This document shows positions 38,530 through 49,527 of a stretch of DNA of 64,000 nucleotides, piece after piece. The first letter of the stretch is position 1. Each line of letters starts with the position of its first letter. Where the stretch lies: the NCBI GenBank assembly GCA_963664875.1, contig OY761611.1, positions 2,688,001 to 2,752,000 of the forward strand, written 5' to 3'. The DNA comes from Candidatus Kapaibacterium sp. GTDB lineage: Bacteria > Bacteroidota > Ignavibacteria > Kapaibacteriales > UBA2268. A model generated the notes under the pieces. It was not told the DNA's origin. It ran no database searches and saw nothing but the letters and a program-made list of their open reading frames with translations. A program made the translations under genes and the position numbers.

Positions 38530-40092
38530 ATGAGTGAACAGATTTATCTGATCATTAGTGTAGTGATAGCTATCGGCGGGTTTGCTCTTTCTTATTTGTC
38601 AGGTAAAAAGCAGGTTGCTAATAAACTTGCAGAAGTAGATAGGAAAGCTGCTGACTTGCTCAAACAGTCCGAAAAAGATGCCGAAAATCTCAAGAAAGAA
38701 AAACTTCTTGAGGTCAAAGAAGAATGGCATAAAAAGAAAATGGAATTTGAAAGAGAGTCACAAAAAAGAGACGAAAAGCTCAACAAAAGAGACGACAATA
38801 TTCAAAAAAGAGAAGATGGCGTCGAGCAAAAACTTCAAGTGATTCAGAAAAAAGAGATTAACCTACAGGGATTTGAAGAAGATCTTAAAAAACGTGAGGT
38901 TAAACTCGAAGAAAAATTCAAGGAAGCGGAAAAATTTGTTGAACAACAAAACGCCAAACTTGAAAAAATTGCAGGACTGACCAGAGACGAAGCCAAAAAG
39001 CAACTGATTGAAAACTTCCTCAACGAAGCTAAAACTGAAGCTGCGGCTACGCTCAACCAAATCCGTGAAGAAGCTAAAATCACTGCACAAAGAGAAGCAC
39101 AATCTATTATTGTGCAAGCTATTCAGAGGACTGCCTCTGACCACTCTGTCGAAACTACTGTCTCGGTAGTAAGTCTCGACAGCGACGAAATGAAAGGTCG
39201 TATTATCGGTAGAGAAGGCCGTAACATTCGTGCTTTCGAAGCTGCTACAGGCATCGATCTTATTATTGATGACACCCCTGAAGCTGTTGTTATTTCCGGT
39301 TTCGACCCGTTTAGAAGAGAGGTTGCTAAAAAAGCTCTCGAAAAACTTATGCTTGACGGAAGAATTCACCCTTCCAGAATTGAAGAAGTGGTGAATAAAA
39401 CTCAAAAAGAACTTGAAGAAGAAATCTACCGTATTGGCGAAAACGCTCTTATCGAGCTTGGTGTCCATGGTATGCGCCAGGGACTTGTCAAGTATATAGG
39501 TAAGATGAAATATCGCTCAAGTTACGGTCAAAACTTACTTAGTCACTCCATCGAGGTGGCTTATCTATGTGGCATTATGGCTGCTGAACTCGGATTGGAT
39601 CCGGCTCAGGCTAAACGAGCAGGCTTATTGCACGATATAGGTAAGTGCGTTGATAAAGATACTGATGGGCCTCACGCTCTAATTGGTATGGAGCTTTGTA
39701 AGAAAAATAAAGAAAACAGAATTGTTTGCAATGCTGTCGGTGCACACCACGAAGACATCGAAATGGAATCTCCTTATGCAGTTCTTGTTCAGGCTGCTGA
39801 TAGTATTTCAGGTGCTCGACCGGGTGCAAGACGCGAATCGCTCGAAAACTATATCAAGCGTTTGGAAAAACTCGAATCGCTTGCTAATGAGTTCGAAGGT
39901 GTTCAAAAAACATTTGCTATCCAAGCAGGTCGTGAAATCAGAGTTATTGTAGAACCTGAAAAGGTTACAGACCAAATTGCTGACGATATGGCAAACGAAA
40001 TCGCCAAAAGAATTGAGCATGAAATGGAATATCCTGGGCAAATCAAAGTTGCTGTTATTCGCGAACGTCGCTCAATAGCTCTTGCAAAATAA
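38530..40092 (+). CDS. rny: Ribonuclease Y
   Basis: N-terminal TM, coiled coil, KH (KGRIIGREGRNIR), HD (LLHDIGK), SGARPGARRE. Confidence 0.97.
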   Translation: MSEQIYLIISVVIAIGGFALSYLSGKKQVANKLAEVDRKAADLLKQSEKDAENLKKEKLLEVKEEWHKKKMEFERESQKRDEKLNKRDDNIQKREDGVEQKLQVIQKKEINLQGFEEDLKKREVKLEEKFKEAEKFVEQQNAKLEKIAGLTRDEAKKQLIENFLNEAKTEAAATLNQIREEAKITAQREAQSIIVQAIQRTASDHSVETTVSVVSLDSDEMKGRIIGREGRNIRAFEAATGIDLIIDDTPEAVVISGFDPFRREVAKKALEKLMLDGRIHPSRIEEVVNKTQKELEEEIYRIGENALIELGVHGMRQGLVKYIGKMKYRSSYGQNLLSHSIEVAYLCGIMAAELGLDPAQAKRAGLLHDIGKCVDKDTDGPHALIGMELCKKNKENRIVCNAVGAHHEDIEMESPYAVLVQAADSISGARPGARRESLENYIKRLEKLESLANEFEGVQKTFAIQAGREIRVIVEPEKVTDQIADDMANEIAKRIEHEMEYPGQIKVAVIRERRSIALAK

Positions 40093-40118
40093 GCATTGTT
40101 AGTTACGTAAACATATTT

Positions 40119-40152
40119 AAGACTTCCTTGTGAAAATGAGGAAGTCTTTTTT
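40119..40152. terminator. Intrinsic terminator
   Basis: AAGACTTCCT / AGGAAGTCTT plus T-tract. Confidence 0.8.
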
Positions 40153-40268
40153 ATAAAAGATGCTTGTACAAAGAAAATATATTGCGTATAAGTTCTATTA
40201 GTCTGAATCCCCAAAAATTATTTCAATGCGAGATGCAAACATTATTTATTAGCCAAATTTGATAAGCC

Positions 40269-41312
40269 TCAAACATACTCAACTCCATCTACATCAAAAA
40301 TGATACTACTCCCGAAAGCTTCCACCGGTGTCATTGCACCGGAATAATTTCCGTCAAGAATATTTTCTATAATCTTAAGGGCAATTAGCACTGTAAAATA
40401 GTATGGTTCCGGTGTTTTAATCATAGTTTCCGCAAAGATGCCGTTTTCGTTTGCAGCTCTGGCATATACATAAGCCTTATCTTTTAACATCGATTCATCA
40501 TCAGGTCCTTTTGCATAAGCTGCGAAACCTTTTAGGAGCTTTTGTCCGTAACGTTTACCGGAAAATTTTTTGATGATATCGATCATTGATTCTGCAATGC
40601 CTGCCCAAACTGTGGAAAGAGCATAGTAAGTTCGAATGTTAGGTATATGCAAAGATTTATGGCAGGCAATGAGCTCACCTATTGGTATTTTGAAAGCAAC
40701 TCTTTTTTTAGTGGGGTAATTGATATAAATATCAGATTTTTCTATACTACATTGTTCCAGGTTTCCCTCACGAATTTCATAGCCACCTTTTGGCAGTAAA
40801 GCAATCATCTGTTTAAAGGTTCCTTTACTAGGTTTTGCCTGAGTAGCCATTACTATATCAAGGCTGCTTGCATCTGGTAATTTTTTTAAAGTATGAGCAG
40901 CGACACATTCCGTAGCAACTATATTAAATCCTGCACCCGGCATGATAACTATACCATTTTCTTTTGCAATGTTATCCAAAGTATAAAGGAAATCGTATAT
41001 TTCTATATCGCCGGTCAGATCGAGGTAGTGTGTTTTAGTGCGAAGGCAAGCTTCTGCAAGCGTCGGAGCAGACTTACAGTACGGACCTGCAAGGTTATAA
41101 AGCAAATCAATATCCTTCAGATTAGCTTCAATTTTGCTGTCGTTATTCAAATCGAAAATGCGAAAATCAAGGCCAAGCGACAAAGCTAAACGTTTTGTTT
41201 TGAGAGCGTCCCGTCCGGCAATTACAGGGGACATACCTTTGAGGCAGGCAGTTTTAGCCAATAATTCACCGGTAAACCCATAGGCACCATATATCATCCA
41301 TTTTTTCAGCAT
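40269..41312 (-). CDS. Saccharopine dehydrogenase-like NAD(P)-binding oxidoreductase
   Basis: IYGAYGFTG, IAGRD, NLAGPY, HYLDLTGD. Confidence 0.85.
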   Translation of the reverse strand: MLKKWMIYGAYGFTGELLAKTACLKGMSPVIAGRDALKTKRLALSLGLDFRIFDLNNDSKIEANLKDIDLLYNLAGPYCKSAPTLAEACLRTKTHYLDLTGDIEIYDFLYTLDNIAKENGIVIMPGAGFNIVATECVAAHTLKKLPDASSLDIVMATQAKPSKGTFKQMIALLPKGGYEIREGNLEQCSIEKSDIYINYPTKKRVAFKIPIGELIACHKSLHIPNIRTYYALSTVWAGIAESMIDIIKKFSGKRYGQKLLKGFAAYAKGPDDESMLKDKAYVYARAANENGIFAETMIKTPEPYYFTVLIALKIIENILDGNYSGAMTPVEAFGSSIIFDVDGVEYV

Positions 41313-41541
41313 AGAGCTCAAGTGTCATTTTGAATGTAATTAAATAAACGGACAAGTATAGATATTATTCGACAGTTCAGCCTTAATGTTCAATCAAAAT
41401 AGAATAGTGATACTAATCTTTAAAAAGATAGAATTCAATTGCACCTTATAAGAAATCCAAGTTTCTACAGACAAAGATATACTCACCTTGGCTCAAAATA
41501 ATAAATTGGGTATATTGCTATCATTTTTCTATAGATAGTGT

Positions 41542-42270
41542 ATGAAAAGATATTTTATTTTGATGATATTGTTGCTTTCGGGTAGCGGTTACGATATACT
41601 TTGGGCTCAGGACTATTTTCCGGAGCAAAATAAAAATATTGCTGCAGGTGTCGGCATGGTACCTGTAGCTTTTTTATTAGATGCCACAATGAGAGATTTT
41701 GTCAGATCTACTTCAAGTCCTACTTCAGATATTGTGTTTGGTATAAGCAACCAAATGGGAGAACCTTATGTTACCCTGCCTTTGATAGCGGGTATGTACT
41801 TAGGAGGACTTGCGGCTGACAATACAAGCTTAAAAAACACAGGTTTATATCTCGGAGAGGCTTATGCTTTGAATATTGCTGTTACATTCACTCTAAAAAG
41901 CGTTTTAGGTCGAGCGAGGCCATATAATAATTTGGGCAATAATGAGTTTACATTCTGGGCGTTCAAAGATGCTTTTATGTCATGTCCATCAGGGCATTCA
42001 AGTGCCGCATTTACAACAGCAACTATTGTCGCGCATCAAATAAATACGCCTACAGCTTATTATATAAGCTACGGACTATCATTTATGACCATGATGTCAA
42101 GGATATACTACGACAAACATTGGTTTTCAGATACCGTTTTCGGAGCACTAATCGGTACTTTATCGGGTTTTATCATTCTTGAGCTTAATAGTCAAGATAC
42201 TGAGGAGCAGGCACCAAAACCCGGGGTATCCTCCTTGCCTGTTTTTAGTATTTCTTTGCCAATTCTGTAG
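41542..42270 (+). CDS. PAP2 family membrane phosphatase
   Basis: K...GRARP, PSGH, SRIY..KHWFSD motifs. Confidence 0.9.
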   Translation: MKRYFILMILLLSGSGYDILWAQDYFPEQNKNIAAGVGMVPVAFLLDATMRDFVRSTSSPTSDIVFGISNQMGEPYVTLPLIAGMYLGGLAADNTSLKNTGLYLGEAYALNIAVTFTLKSVLGRARPYNNLGNNEFTFWAFKDAFMSCPSGHSSAAFTTATIVAHQINTPTAYYISYGLSFMTMMSRIYYDKHWFSDTVFGALIGTLSGFIILELNSQDTEEQAPKPGVSSLPVFSISLPIL

Positions 42271-42390
42271 ATTAAAAGTTGCTTTTTTGTATAGTTACGA
42301 AAACTCAGCTAATCCAAATTTCTATAAAAACATTTCAGTTCTTATACGTATAATGCAATATACTTAACCACACTTATTTGAAAAGGAAAT

Positions 42391-42858
42391 ATGAAGTATA
42401 TTTGTTTACTGCTTGTGCTGATACTTGCTTCATGTAGCGAGGGGTTAGAACCGAATTTTAAGACCTTCCCTGAAAATAAAAGCAAAATATACGGCACTAT
42501 TACCTTCAAAGGTAGCTGGCCCATTGCTGATTCTCTTAAAGATTTGAGAGTAATCGGCATCAAAAATTTCCCGCCCAAAGATTTCCAAACTGCATTTTTC
42601 GCCGGAGATATCCTTTTTACAGAGGCTACTCTGAGTTACTATGTGCCTAGCATAAACTATGAAATTGTGGTCGATGATGCTCCATTGGCTATAGAGTATC
42701 TCGCAGTGGCTCAAAACTACGGAGGATTGCTCGAATGGAAAGCGGTTGGCGTATATAGTGCAGAGGGCGAACCGATTGTGCTTCAAGTGCAAAAGGGTAA
42801 ATCAATAGAAGCCAATTTTACAGTTGATTTTGACAATTTACCACCACAACCATTTTAG
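42391..42858 (+). CDS. Lipoprotein upstream of a TonB-dependent receptor
   Basis: Lipobox LASC; 7 nt upstream of the receptor gene. Confidence 0.75.
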   Translation: MKYICLLLVLILASCSEGLEPNFKTFPENKSKIYGTITFKGSWPIADSLKDLRVIGIKNFPPKDFQTAFFAGDILFTEATLSYYVPSINYEIVVDDAPLAIEYLAVAQNYGGLLEWKAVGVYSAEGEPIVLQVQKGKSIEANFTVDFDNLPPQPF

Positions 42859-42865
42859 GATGTAT

Positions 42866-45034
42866 ATGAAAAATCTTATATATATGTGTTTGCTTCTCTT
42901 AAATAGTGCTTTAGTGTTTGGTAGTGCTGTCGAAGGTTATGTGATTGACGAAGAAAACAGAGGTGTTGTAGGTGCTACTATACGAATCGAAAACACTCAA
43001 AAAGGAACTTACGTAAAAGCAGCAAACGGTTATTTTAAAATAGATAAATTGGAAGACCAAAGTTTTACAATCATAGTTTCCTCAGTAGGAAAAGAAACTG
43101 TCAGATTGGAAAATTATCCTGCGAATCAGGCAAAAAAAATCAAACTTATTTCAAAAACTGTGAGAACAAAGTCAATTGATGTTTTTGGAAAAAAAAGCGG
43201 GAGTGCTATGCAGGAAATACCTATTTCAATTGCTGCAATTTTCCGTGAAGACATTGCTATACGTCCTAATTCTGATTTGGCTGCATCTCTGGATATTATT
43301 CCGGGCTTGCTTGTTACTGATGACCAGGTAAGCGTTCGGGGTTCGTCAGGCTTTTCCTTTGGGACAGGCTCGAGAGTTGGCTATATGATTGATGGTATTC
43401 CTATGCTTTCAGCTGATTTGAACGATGTAAAATTTGATATAATTCCCATGCAGGAAATTGAAACAGTTGAGGTAATCAAGGGAGCAGGTTCAGCACTTTA
43501 TGGCACGAGCGCACTTGGTGGAATAATAAATATGAAGACTATAAGTAGATTCGAGAGTACTCTGTCCGTTTCTCAGCATCTTGGTCTTTATACGGCACCT
43601 AAATATGAGACTTGGAAAATCTCTGATTATCCTCGATTTGAATCATCCACTAAACTATATTTTTCTCAGAAAGAGCTCTTTTCAGACTTAGATTTTAGCA
43701 TCGCTGGTCAGTACAATAAAGATGAAAGTTACCGGCTTTTCGATGAGCAGAGGAATTATAATATATCCACAACATTGCAATACAGATTTGGTCAGGGTGG
43801 ATTGAAATTCAGGATGTATGGTGCCGAATCAAAAAATCATGATTGGGTTTATTGGAATAGTCTTGATAGTGCAACCCGACCACCTGCAGGTAATGATAAC
43901 GAGGTAAAGCTAACAAGTCGAAAACTTGGATATTATTTATCAGGCAATTATTTGATAAACGACATTACAATCAATTTGAAGAATTCTTTGCTAAATACTC
44001 ACTTCTTCAATTCGCTTAATGAAGATGATACTGACTACAGAGAATCCGATGCAACTGCCTATTTTATTGCCTCTGATGTGCACGCATATCTGCTTGATAA
44101 TTTGTTTTTATCAGGTGGGAGCTCTTTTACTCTCAATGATGTTAATTCTTTTACCTACGGGAAGCACAATCAGAAGATATTTTCTTTGTTTTCGCAAATA
44201 GAGTATAAACTTCCGGAATTTATTCTAAACTTCGGTTTGCGAGCCGATAAAGAAAGCACTGATTCTATTTCCACAAAATGGCAGATTTCACCGAAGTTAG
44301 GTGTTTCTTACAAGCTGTGGGATGTTGATTTTAGAATGTCTGCAGGCAGTGGTTTCAGAGCTGCTGTAATCGGCGAAAAATTCGCAACGGCGAACTTTCA
44401 GGGCTTTGAAGTAATTGCAAATCCAAATTTGGGACCCGAAAAAAGCTGGTCTTTCGAAATTGGTGCAAAATTTGAAAAGACCCTCGCTGAAAATATGTTT
44501 TACGGGGTAGATATTTCGGTATTTGACAATGAAATGTACGACTTGATAGAGCCTACGGTCGAATCGGGTTCCGGCACTCAGATTATTTTCAAAAATCTTA
44601 CACGAGCACGAATCTTAGGAGCAGAAGCAGAGTTGAGGCTTGGAATGAAATATTTTATTTTAAGCACAGGCTTTACCTATCTTGACTCTAAAAATCTTGA
44701 TACAGACGAAACATTAAAATATAGAAATAAGTGGATGAGTAAAAGTTCGATAGTAAGCAAGTGGCAGGACTTATCAATGGCTCTGGACTATAAATATATG
44801 AGCAAACCGGACGCAATAGATGAGATACTTGGTCAGCAGGTAGAAGACCATGATGCTTATGTAAATATGCACATTGTCGATTTGTCTCTCAATTACGATT
44901 TTTCGAGCGTAGCATTACCTGTTACGATCAGCTTAGCTGCAAAGAATTTGTTAGACTACTACTACACAGAGATGGTTGGCAATCTCGCACCGACGAGAAA
45001 GATAATATTTGGTTTGGAATATAAAGTGTATTGA
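42866..45034 (+). CDS. TonB-dependent receptor
   Basis: CarboxypepD_reg-like N-domain, plug (SVRG, IDGIP, VEVIKGAGSALYG..ALGGIIN), NPNL.PEKS, KNLLD..Y, terminal aromatic residue. Confidence 0.92.
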   Translation: MKNLIYMCLLLLNSALVFGSAVEGYVIDEENRGVVGATIRIENTQKGTYVKAANGYFKIDKLEDQSFTIIVSSVGKETVRLENYPANQAKKIKLISKTVRTKSIDVFGKKSGSAMQEIPISIAAIFREDIAIRPNSDLAASLDIIPGLLVTDDQVSVRGSSGFSFGTGSRVGYMIDGIPMLSADLNDVKFDIIPMQEIETVEVIKGAGSALYGTSALGGIINMKTISRFESTLSVSQHLGLYTAPKYETWKISDYPRFESSTKLYFSQKELFSDLDFSIAGQYNKDESYRLFDEQRNYNISTTLQYRFGQGGLKFRMYGAESKNHDWVYWNSLDSATRPPAGNDNEVKLTSRKLGYYLSGNYLINDITINLKNSLLNTHFFNSLNEDDTDYRESDATAYFIASDVHAYLLDNLFLSGGSSFTLNDVNSFTYGKHNQKIFSLFSQIEYKLPEFILNFGLRADKESTDSISTKWQISPKLGVSYKLWDVDFRMSAGSGFRAAVIGEKFATANFQGFEVIANPNLGPEKSWSFEIGAKFEKTLAENMFYGVDISVFDNEMYDLIEPTVESGSGTQIIFKNLTRARILGAEAELRLGMKYFILSTGFTYLDSKNLDTDETLKYRNKWMSKSSIVSKWQDLSMALDYKYMSKPDAIDEILGQQVEDHDAYVNMHIVDLSLNYDFSSVALPVTISLAAKNLLDYYYTEMVGNLAPTRKIIFGLEYKVY

Positions 45035-45189
45035 TGTCTCAAATTCCTTACAATTTAGATACTGCTAAATTCATTTGTTCTTTAGTACTACTATACTTAT
45101 TTTTGTAGCTTAGTGTAAACTCTTTTTTATTCAAAACAAGATAAAAAGCAAAATAGACATATTTTTTTATAACATAATTGGAGTATCCA

Positions 45190-48030
45190 ATGCCAAAGAA
45201 CGTGAAATTTGTATATTATTTCGGTGGTAAAAAGGCAGAAGGCACATCATCAATGAAAAATCTTCTTGGTGGTAAAGGTGCTAACTTGGCGGAAATGATC
45301 AATATCGGTTTGCCGGTTCCTCCGGGCTTTACTCTTTCTACAGAACTTTGTACATACTACTATAAAAACGACAAAACATACCCTGCTTCTGTGAAAGAAG
45401 AAGTAGATAATGCAATCAAAAAATTGGAAAAAGAAATGGGTATGAAATTCGGCGATGCTGAAAATCCACTTCTTTTCTCAGTTCGTTCAGGTGCAAGAGT
45501 TTCTATGCCTGGTATGATGGATACAGTTTTGAACCTTGGTCTAAACGACAAAACAGTTCAAGGCTTGGCAAAAAGAAGCGGAAACGAAAGATTTGCTTTC
45601 GACTCTTACCGCCGTTTTGTAGCTATGTATGGCGATGTGGTATTGGATATGAAACCACAAACTAAAGACGATATTGACCCATTCGAAGAAATCTTAGACA
45701 AGAAAAAAGAAGCTCGTGGCGTTAAGCTTGATGTTGAGCTTACTACTGAAGATTTGAAAGAATTGGTTCAAGAATTCAAAGCTGCTATCAAAGCTATCAA
45801 AGGTATCGAATTCCCTGAAAATCCAAAAGAACAGCTTTGGGGTGCTATCAATGCTGTATTTGGTTCTTGGATGAATGAAAGAGCTATTTACTACCGCAGA
45901 ATGAACAATTTCCCAGAAGAATGGGGTACAGCTGTAAACGTTCAGACTATGGTATTTGGTAACTCAGGCGAAGATTCAGGTACAGGTGTTGCATTTACAC
46001 GCGATGCTGCAACAGGTGAAAACTACTTCTATGGCGAATTCTTGATGAACGCTCAAGGTGAAGACGTTGTGGCAGGTACTCGTACTCCTCATAAAATTGA
46101 AAAATTGAAAGAAATTGATGCTGATGCTTACAACAAATTATTAGAAATCAGAGCAATTTTAGAAAATCACTACCGCGATATGCAGGATGTTGAGTTTACT
46201 ATCCAAAACAAAAAACTTTGGATGCTTCAAACTCGTAACGGTAAACGTACTGCAATGGCTGCAATTAAAATCGCTTACGACATGGTAAAAGAAGGTTTCA
46301 TCAAACCAAAAGAAGCTTTGATGAGAATAGAGCCTGATCAGTTGAACCAACTTCTTCGCCCAGTATTCAACCTAGACGAAAAAGCTAAAGCCCTTAAAGA
46401 AGGTAAACTTCTTGCTAAAGGTTTGAATGCCGGTCCGGGTGCTGCTACAGGTAAAGTTTATTTCAACGCAGAAGACGCTGTAGAAGCTGCTCAACGCGGT
46501 GAAAAAGTGTTATTGGTTCGTATCGAAACTTCTCCTGAAGATATTGCCGGTATGGATGCTTCCGAAGGTATCTTGACAGCTCGTGGCGGTATGACTTCTC
46601 ACGCTGCACTTGTTGCTCGTCAGATGGGTAAAGTTTGCGTTGCCGGCTGCGGTGAATTATTAGTTGACTACAAAAAACGCCAGTTTGGTGTTGAGGGCTC
46701 TAATGTAGTGGTTAAACAAGGTGACTTTATCTCTATCGATGGTAGCACAGGTGAAGTAATCGTAGGCCAAATCCCTACTAAACCATCTGAAGTAATCGAA
46801 GTATTGATTGATGGAACTTTAAAAGAAGAAGATGCACCGTTCTACCAAATGTATGCTCAGATTATGAAATGGGCAGACAAATATCGCAAATTAAACATTC
46901 GTACTAATGCTGATCAACCTGACCAAGCTACAAATGCTGTAAAATTTGGTGCTGAAGGTATTGGTCTTTGCCGTACTGAGCACATGTTCTTTGGTGAAGG
47001 TAAAATTGGCCCGATGCGCGAAATGATTCTTTCTTCTAATGTTGAAGGTCGTAAAAAAGCATTAGCTAAAATTCTTCCTTTCCAAAGAGAAGACTTCGCC
47101 GGTATCTTCAGAGCTATGGATGGTCGTCCTGTAACAATCAGAACTATTGACCCACCATTGCATGAATTCTTGCCACACGAAGAAGCAGAACAAAAAGCAT
47201 TAGCTAAAGACATGGGTGTTGATTTCAAAGTAATCAAAGACAGAGTAGCTGCTCTTCACGAATTTAACCCTATGCTTGGTTTCCGCGGTGTTCGTCTTGG
47301 TCTTATTTATCCTGAAATTACTGAAATGCAGGCTCGTGCTATTTTCGAAGCTACAGTAGAAGTAATCAAAGGTGGACAGAAAGTATTGCCTGAAGTGATG
47401 ATTCCGCTTGTAGGTAATGTAAAAGAATTGAAATCTCAGGAAGTAGTTGTACGCCGTGTAGCTGCAGAAGTTATGAAAGAAACAGGCGTAGAATTCGAAT
47501 ACTTAGTAGGTACAATGATTGAAATACCTCGCGGTGCTATCACTGCCGGTCAAATCGCTGAAACTGCTGAGTTCTTCTCATTTGGTACAAATGACTTGAC
47601 TCAAACTACCTTGGGTGTGAGCCGTGACGATGCAGGTAGATTCTTACCTGAATACGTAAACAGAGACATCTATGCGGTAGATCCTTTTGTTTCTATCGAC
47701 CAGGAAGGTGTTGGTTTCTTATTGAAACATGCAGTTGCTGAAGGTAGAAAAGCAAGAAAAGGTATCAAATTAGGTATCTGCGGTGAGCACGGTGGTGATC
47801 CTCGCTCAGTAGAATTCTGCCATCAGGTTGGCTTGAACTATGTTTCATGCTCTCCATTTAGAGTTCCTATAGCTCGCTTGGCTGCTGCTAGAATAGCAAT
47901 CAAAGAAAGCGTAGCTGAAAAAGCAGAAAAAGAAACTAAAAAAGCTAAAAAATCAGACAAAAAATCAGACAAAAAATCTTCAAAAAAATCTGATAAAAAA
48001 GACAACAAGAAAAAATCTAAAAAGAAATAA
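45190..48030 (+). CDS. ppdK: Pyruvate, phosphate dikinase with Lys-rich C-terminal tail
   Basis: [28 protein letters not shown], phospho-His [37 protein letters not shown]; ATG at 45190. Confidence 0.97.
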   Translation: MPKNVKFVYYFGGKKAEGTSSMKNLLGGKGANLAEMINIGLPVPPGFTLSTELCTYYYKNDKTYPASVKEEVDNAIKKLEKEMGMKFGDAENPLLFSVRSGARVSMPGMMDTVLNLGLNDKTVQGLAKRSGNERFAFDSYRRFVAMYGDVVLDMKPQTKDDIDPFEEILDKKKEARGVKLDVELTTEDLKELVQEFKAAIKAIKGIEFPENPKEQLWGAINAVFGSWMNERAIYYRRMNNFPEEWGTAVNVQTMVFGNSGEDSGTGVAFTRDAATGENYFYGEFLMNAQGEDVVAGTRTPHKIEKLKEIDADAYNKLLEIRAILENHYRDMQDVEFTIQNKKLWMLQTRNGKRTAMAAIKIAYDMVKEGFIKPKEALMRIEPDQLNQLLRPVFNLDEKAKALKEGKLLAKGLNAGPGAATGKVYFNAEDAVEAAQRGEKVLLVRIETSPEDIAGMDASEGILTARGGMTSHAALVARQMGKVCVAGCGELLVDYKKRQFGVEGSNVVVKQGDFISIDGSTGEVIVGQIPTKPSEVIEVLIDGTLKEEDAPFYQMYAQIMKWADKYRKLNIRTNADQPDQATNAVKFGAEGIGLCRTEHMFFGEGKIGPMREMILSSNVEGRKKALAKILPFQREDFAGIFRAMDGRPVTIRTIDPPLHEFLPHEEAEQKALAKDMGVDFKVIKDRVAALHEFNPMLGFRGVRLGLIYPEITEMQARAIFEATVEVIKGGQKVLPEVMIPLVGNVKELKSQEVVVRRVAAEVMKETGVEFEYLVGTMIEIPRGAITAGQIAETAEFFSFGTNDLTQTTLGVSRDDAGRFLPEYVNRDIYAVDPFVSIDQEGVGFLLKHAVAEGRKARKGIKLGICGEHGGDPRSVEFCHQVGLNYVSCSPFRVPIARLAAARIAIKESVAEKAEKETKKAKKSDKKSDKKSSKKSDKKDNKKKSKKK

Positions 48031-48060
48031 TTCTATAATTAGATTTTTCAAATAGCAAAC

Positions 48061-48097
48061 AAAGCCGCTCCGGATTCCAATTCAGAGCGGCTTTTTT
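48061..48097 (+). terminator. Intrinsic terminator
   Basis: AAAGCCGCTC / GAGCGGCTTT plus T-tract. Confidence 0.85.
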
Positions 48098-48327
48098 AGA
48101 ATTAGAAATCTCGCGTGCAGAATGATTAGCAACATACCATTACTTCTATTTATAATAGAAGCATATCTACAATCCAGTCTATCAAATACTTGCCTTTTCT
48201 CGTATGGCTTATTACAAATTATCTATATAAAGCACTATTTGTAAAATTAATCTAATAAAAATTCGTCGCGTCAGATAGACAAAGACATAGATTAGTTTTG
48301 TATATAAAATATAGAGAGTTAAAAAAA

Positions 48328-49314
48328 ATGGCAAATTTAACAACCAAGTATATGGGGTTGACACTTCGCAATCCATTAGTGATAGGTAGCTCAGGCCTTA
48401 CTGAAAGTTTGGACAAAATCAAACACCTATACGAAAAAGGTGCGGGTGCAGTAGTTTTAAAATCACTTTTTGAAGAAGAAATTCAGGCAGAAATGCGTCA
48501 AGCAATGCATCAGGCAGGCACACCCGGCACAATTTATCCGGAAATATTTGACTTTTTTGACTATGATGACATGGAAGACTCTGTAAGTAAATATTTATTC
48601 CTTATCGAAGATGCTAAAAAAGCAGTTGATATCCCTGTTATAGCTTCTGTGAATGCAGTTTCTTCGAATGAATGGACATCTTTTGCTAAAAGAATAGAGG
48701 CAGCAGGAGCAGATGCAATTGAATTAAACGCTTTTATTTTACCTTCAGATGTGAATAGATCCTCAGAGCAAAATGAGCAAATCTATTTTGATATTATAGA
48801 AAAAGTAAAAAAAGAAGTTTCAATTCCGATAGCAATGAAGATTAGCTATTACTTCTCAAATCTTGGTCAGATGATTCAAAAATTGTCTCAAACCGGCATC
48901 GCATCACTAGTTCTTTTCAATAGATTTTATAGCCCGGATTTTGACATAAATAATTTTACGGTCAATAGTGCAAGTGTACTGAGCACACCAGGAGAATTGC
49001 CAATTTCTTTGCGATGGATTGCTATCATGGCAAACAGAGTTAATTGTGATTTGGCTGCTTCCACAGGGGTACATGACGGAAGTGCTGTTATCAAGCAACT
49101 ATTGGCGGGTGCAAATGCAGTGCAGATAGCTTCTACACTTTACAAAAACGGACCTGAATATCTTGAAAAAATGTTGATTGATTTGGAAAACTGGATGCAC
49201 GATCATGATTATGACTCAATCGATGATTTCCGTGGTAAACTCAGCTACGAAAAAGCAGCCAATCCGGCAGCCTTAGAAAGAGTTCAATTTATGAAGCATT
49301 TTAGCGGCAAATAA
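48328..49314 (+). CDS. Dihydroorotate dehydrogenase-like flavoprotein
   Basis: LTTKYMGL.L.NP, GAVVLKSLFEE, LVLFNRFY.PD, AASTGVH, LLAGA..VQ; lacks the SCPN catalytic Cys. Confidence 0.85.
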   Translation: MANLTTKYMGLTLRNPLVIGSSGLTESLDKIKHLYEKGAGAVVLKSLFEEEIQAEMRQAMHQAGTPGTIYPEIFDFFDYDDMEDSVSKYLFLIEDAKKAVDIPVIASVNAVSSNEWTSFAKRIEAAGADAIELNAFILPSDVNRSSEQNEQIYFDIIEKVKKEVSIPIAMKISYYFSNLGQMIQKLSQTGIASLVLFNRFYSPDFDINNFTVNSASVLSTPGELPISLRWIAIMANRVNCDLAASTGVHDGSAVIKQLLAGANAVQIASTLYKNGPEYLEKMLIDLENWMHDHDYDSIDDFRGKLSYEKAANPAALERVQFMKHFSGK

Positions 49315-49320
49315 TTTTCT

Positions 49321-49364
49321 TTTATCAAAGCCCTGCTGTGTCAAAAATAGCAGGGCTTTGATAA
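49321..49364. terminator. Inverted repeat / terminator
   Basis: TTTATCAAAGCCCTGCT / AGCAGGGCTTTGATAAA. Confidence 0.75.
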
Positions 49365-49527
49365 AATAATATCTCTTGAATTACCCTAGATTTTCTTTAA
49401 ATGCCAAATATTAACTTACCTTTTAATACGTATCTAAATATACCTAAATATCATTTTTTTAACTTGCAATACAATGTCTATTGTTGTATTCTTGCATAGT
49501 AGCATATCTATATTTTTTGAGACCACT

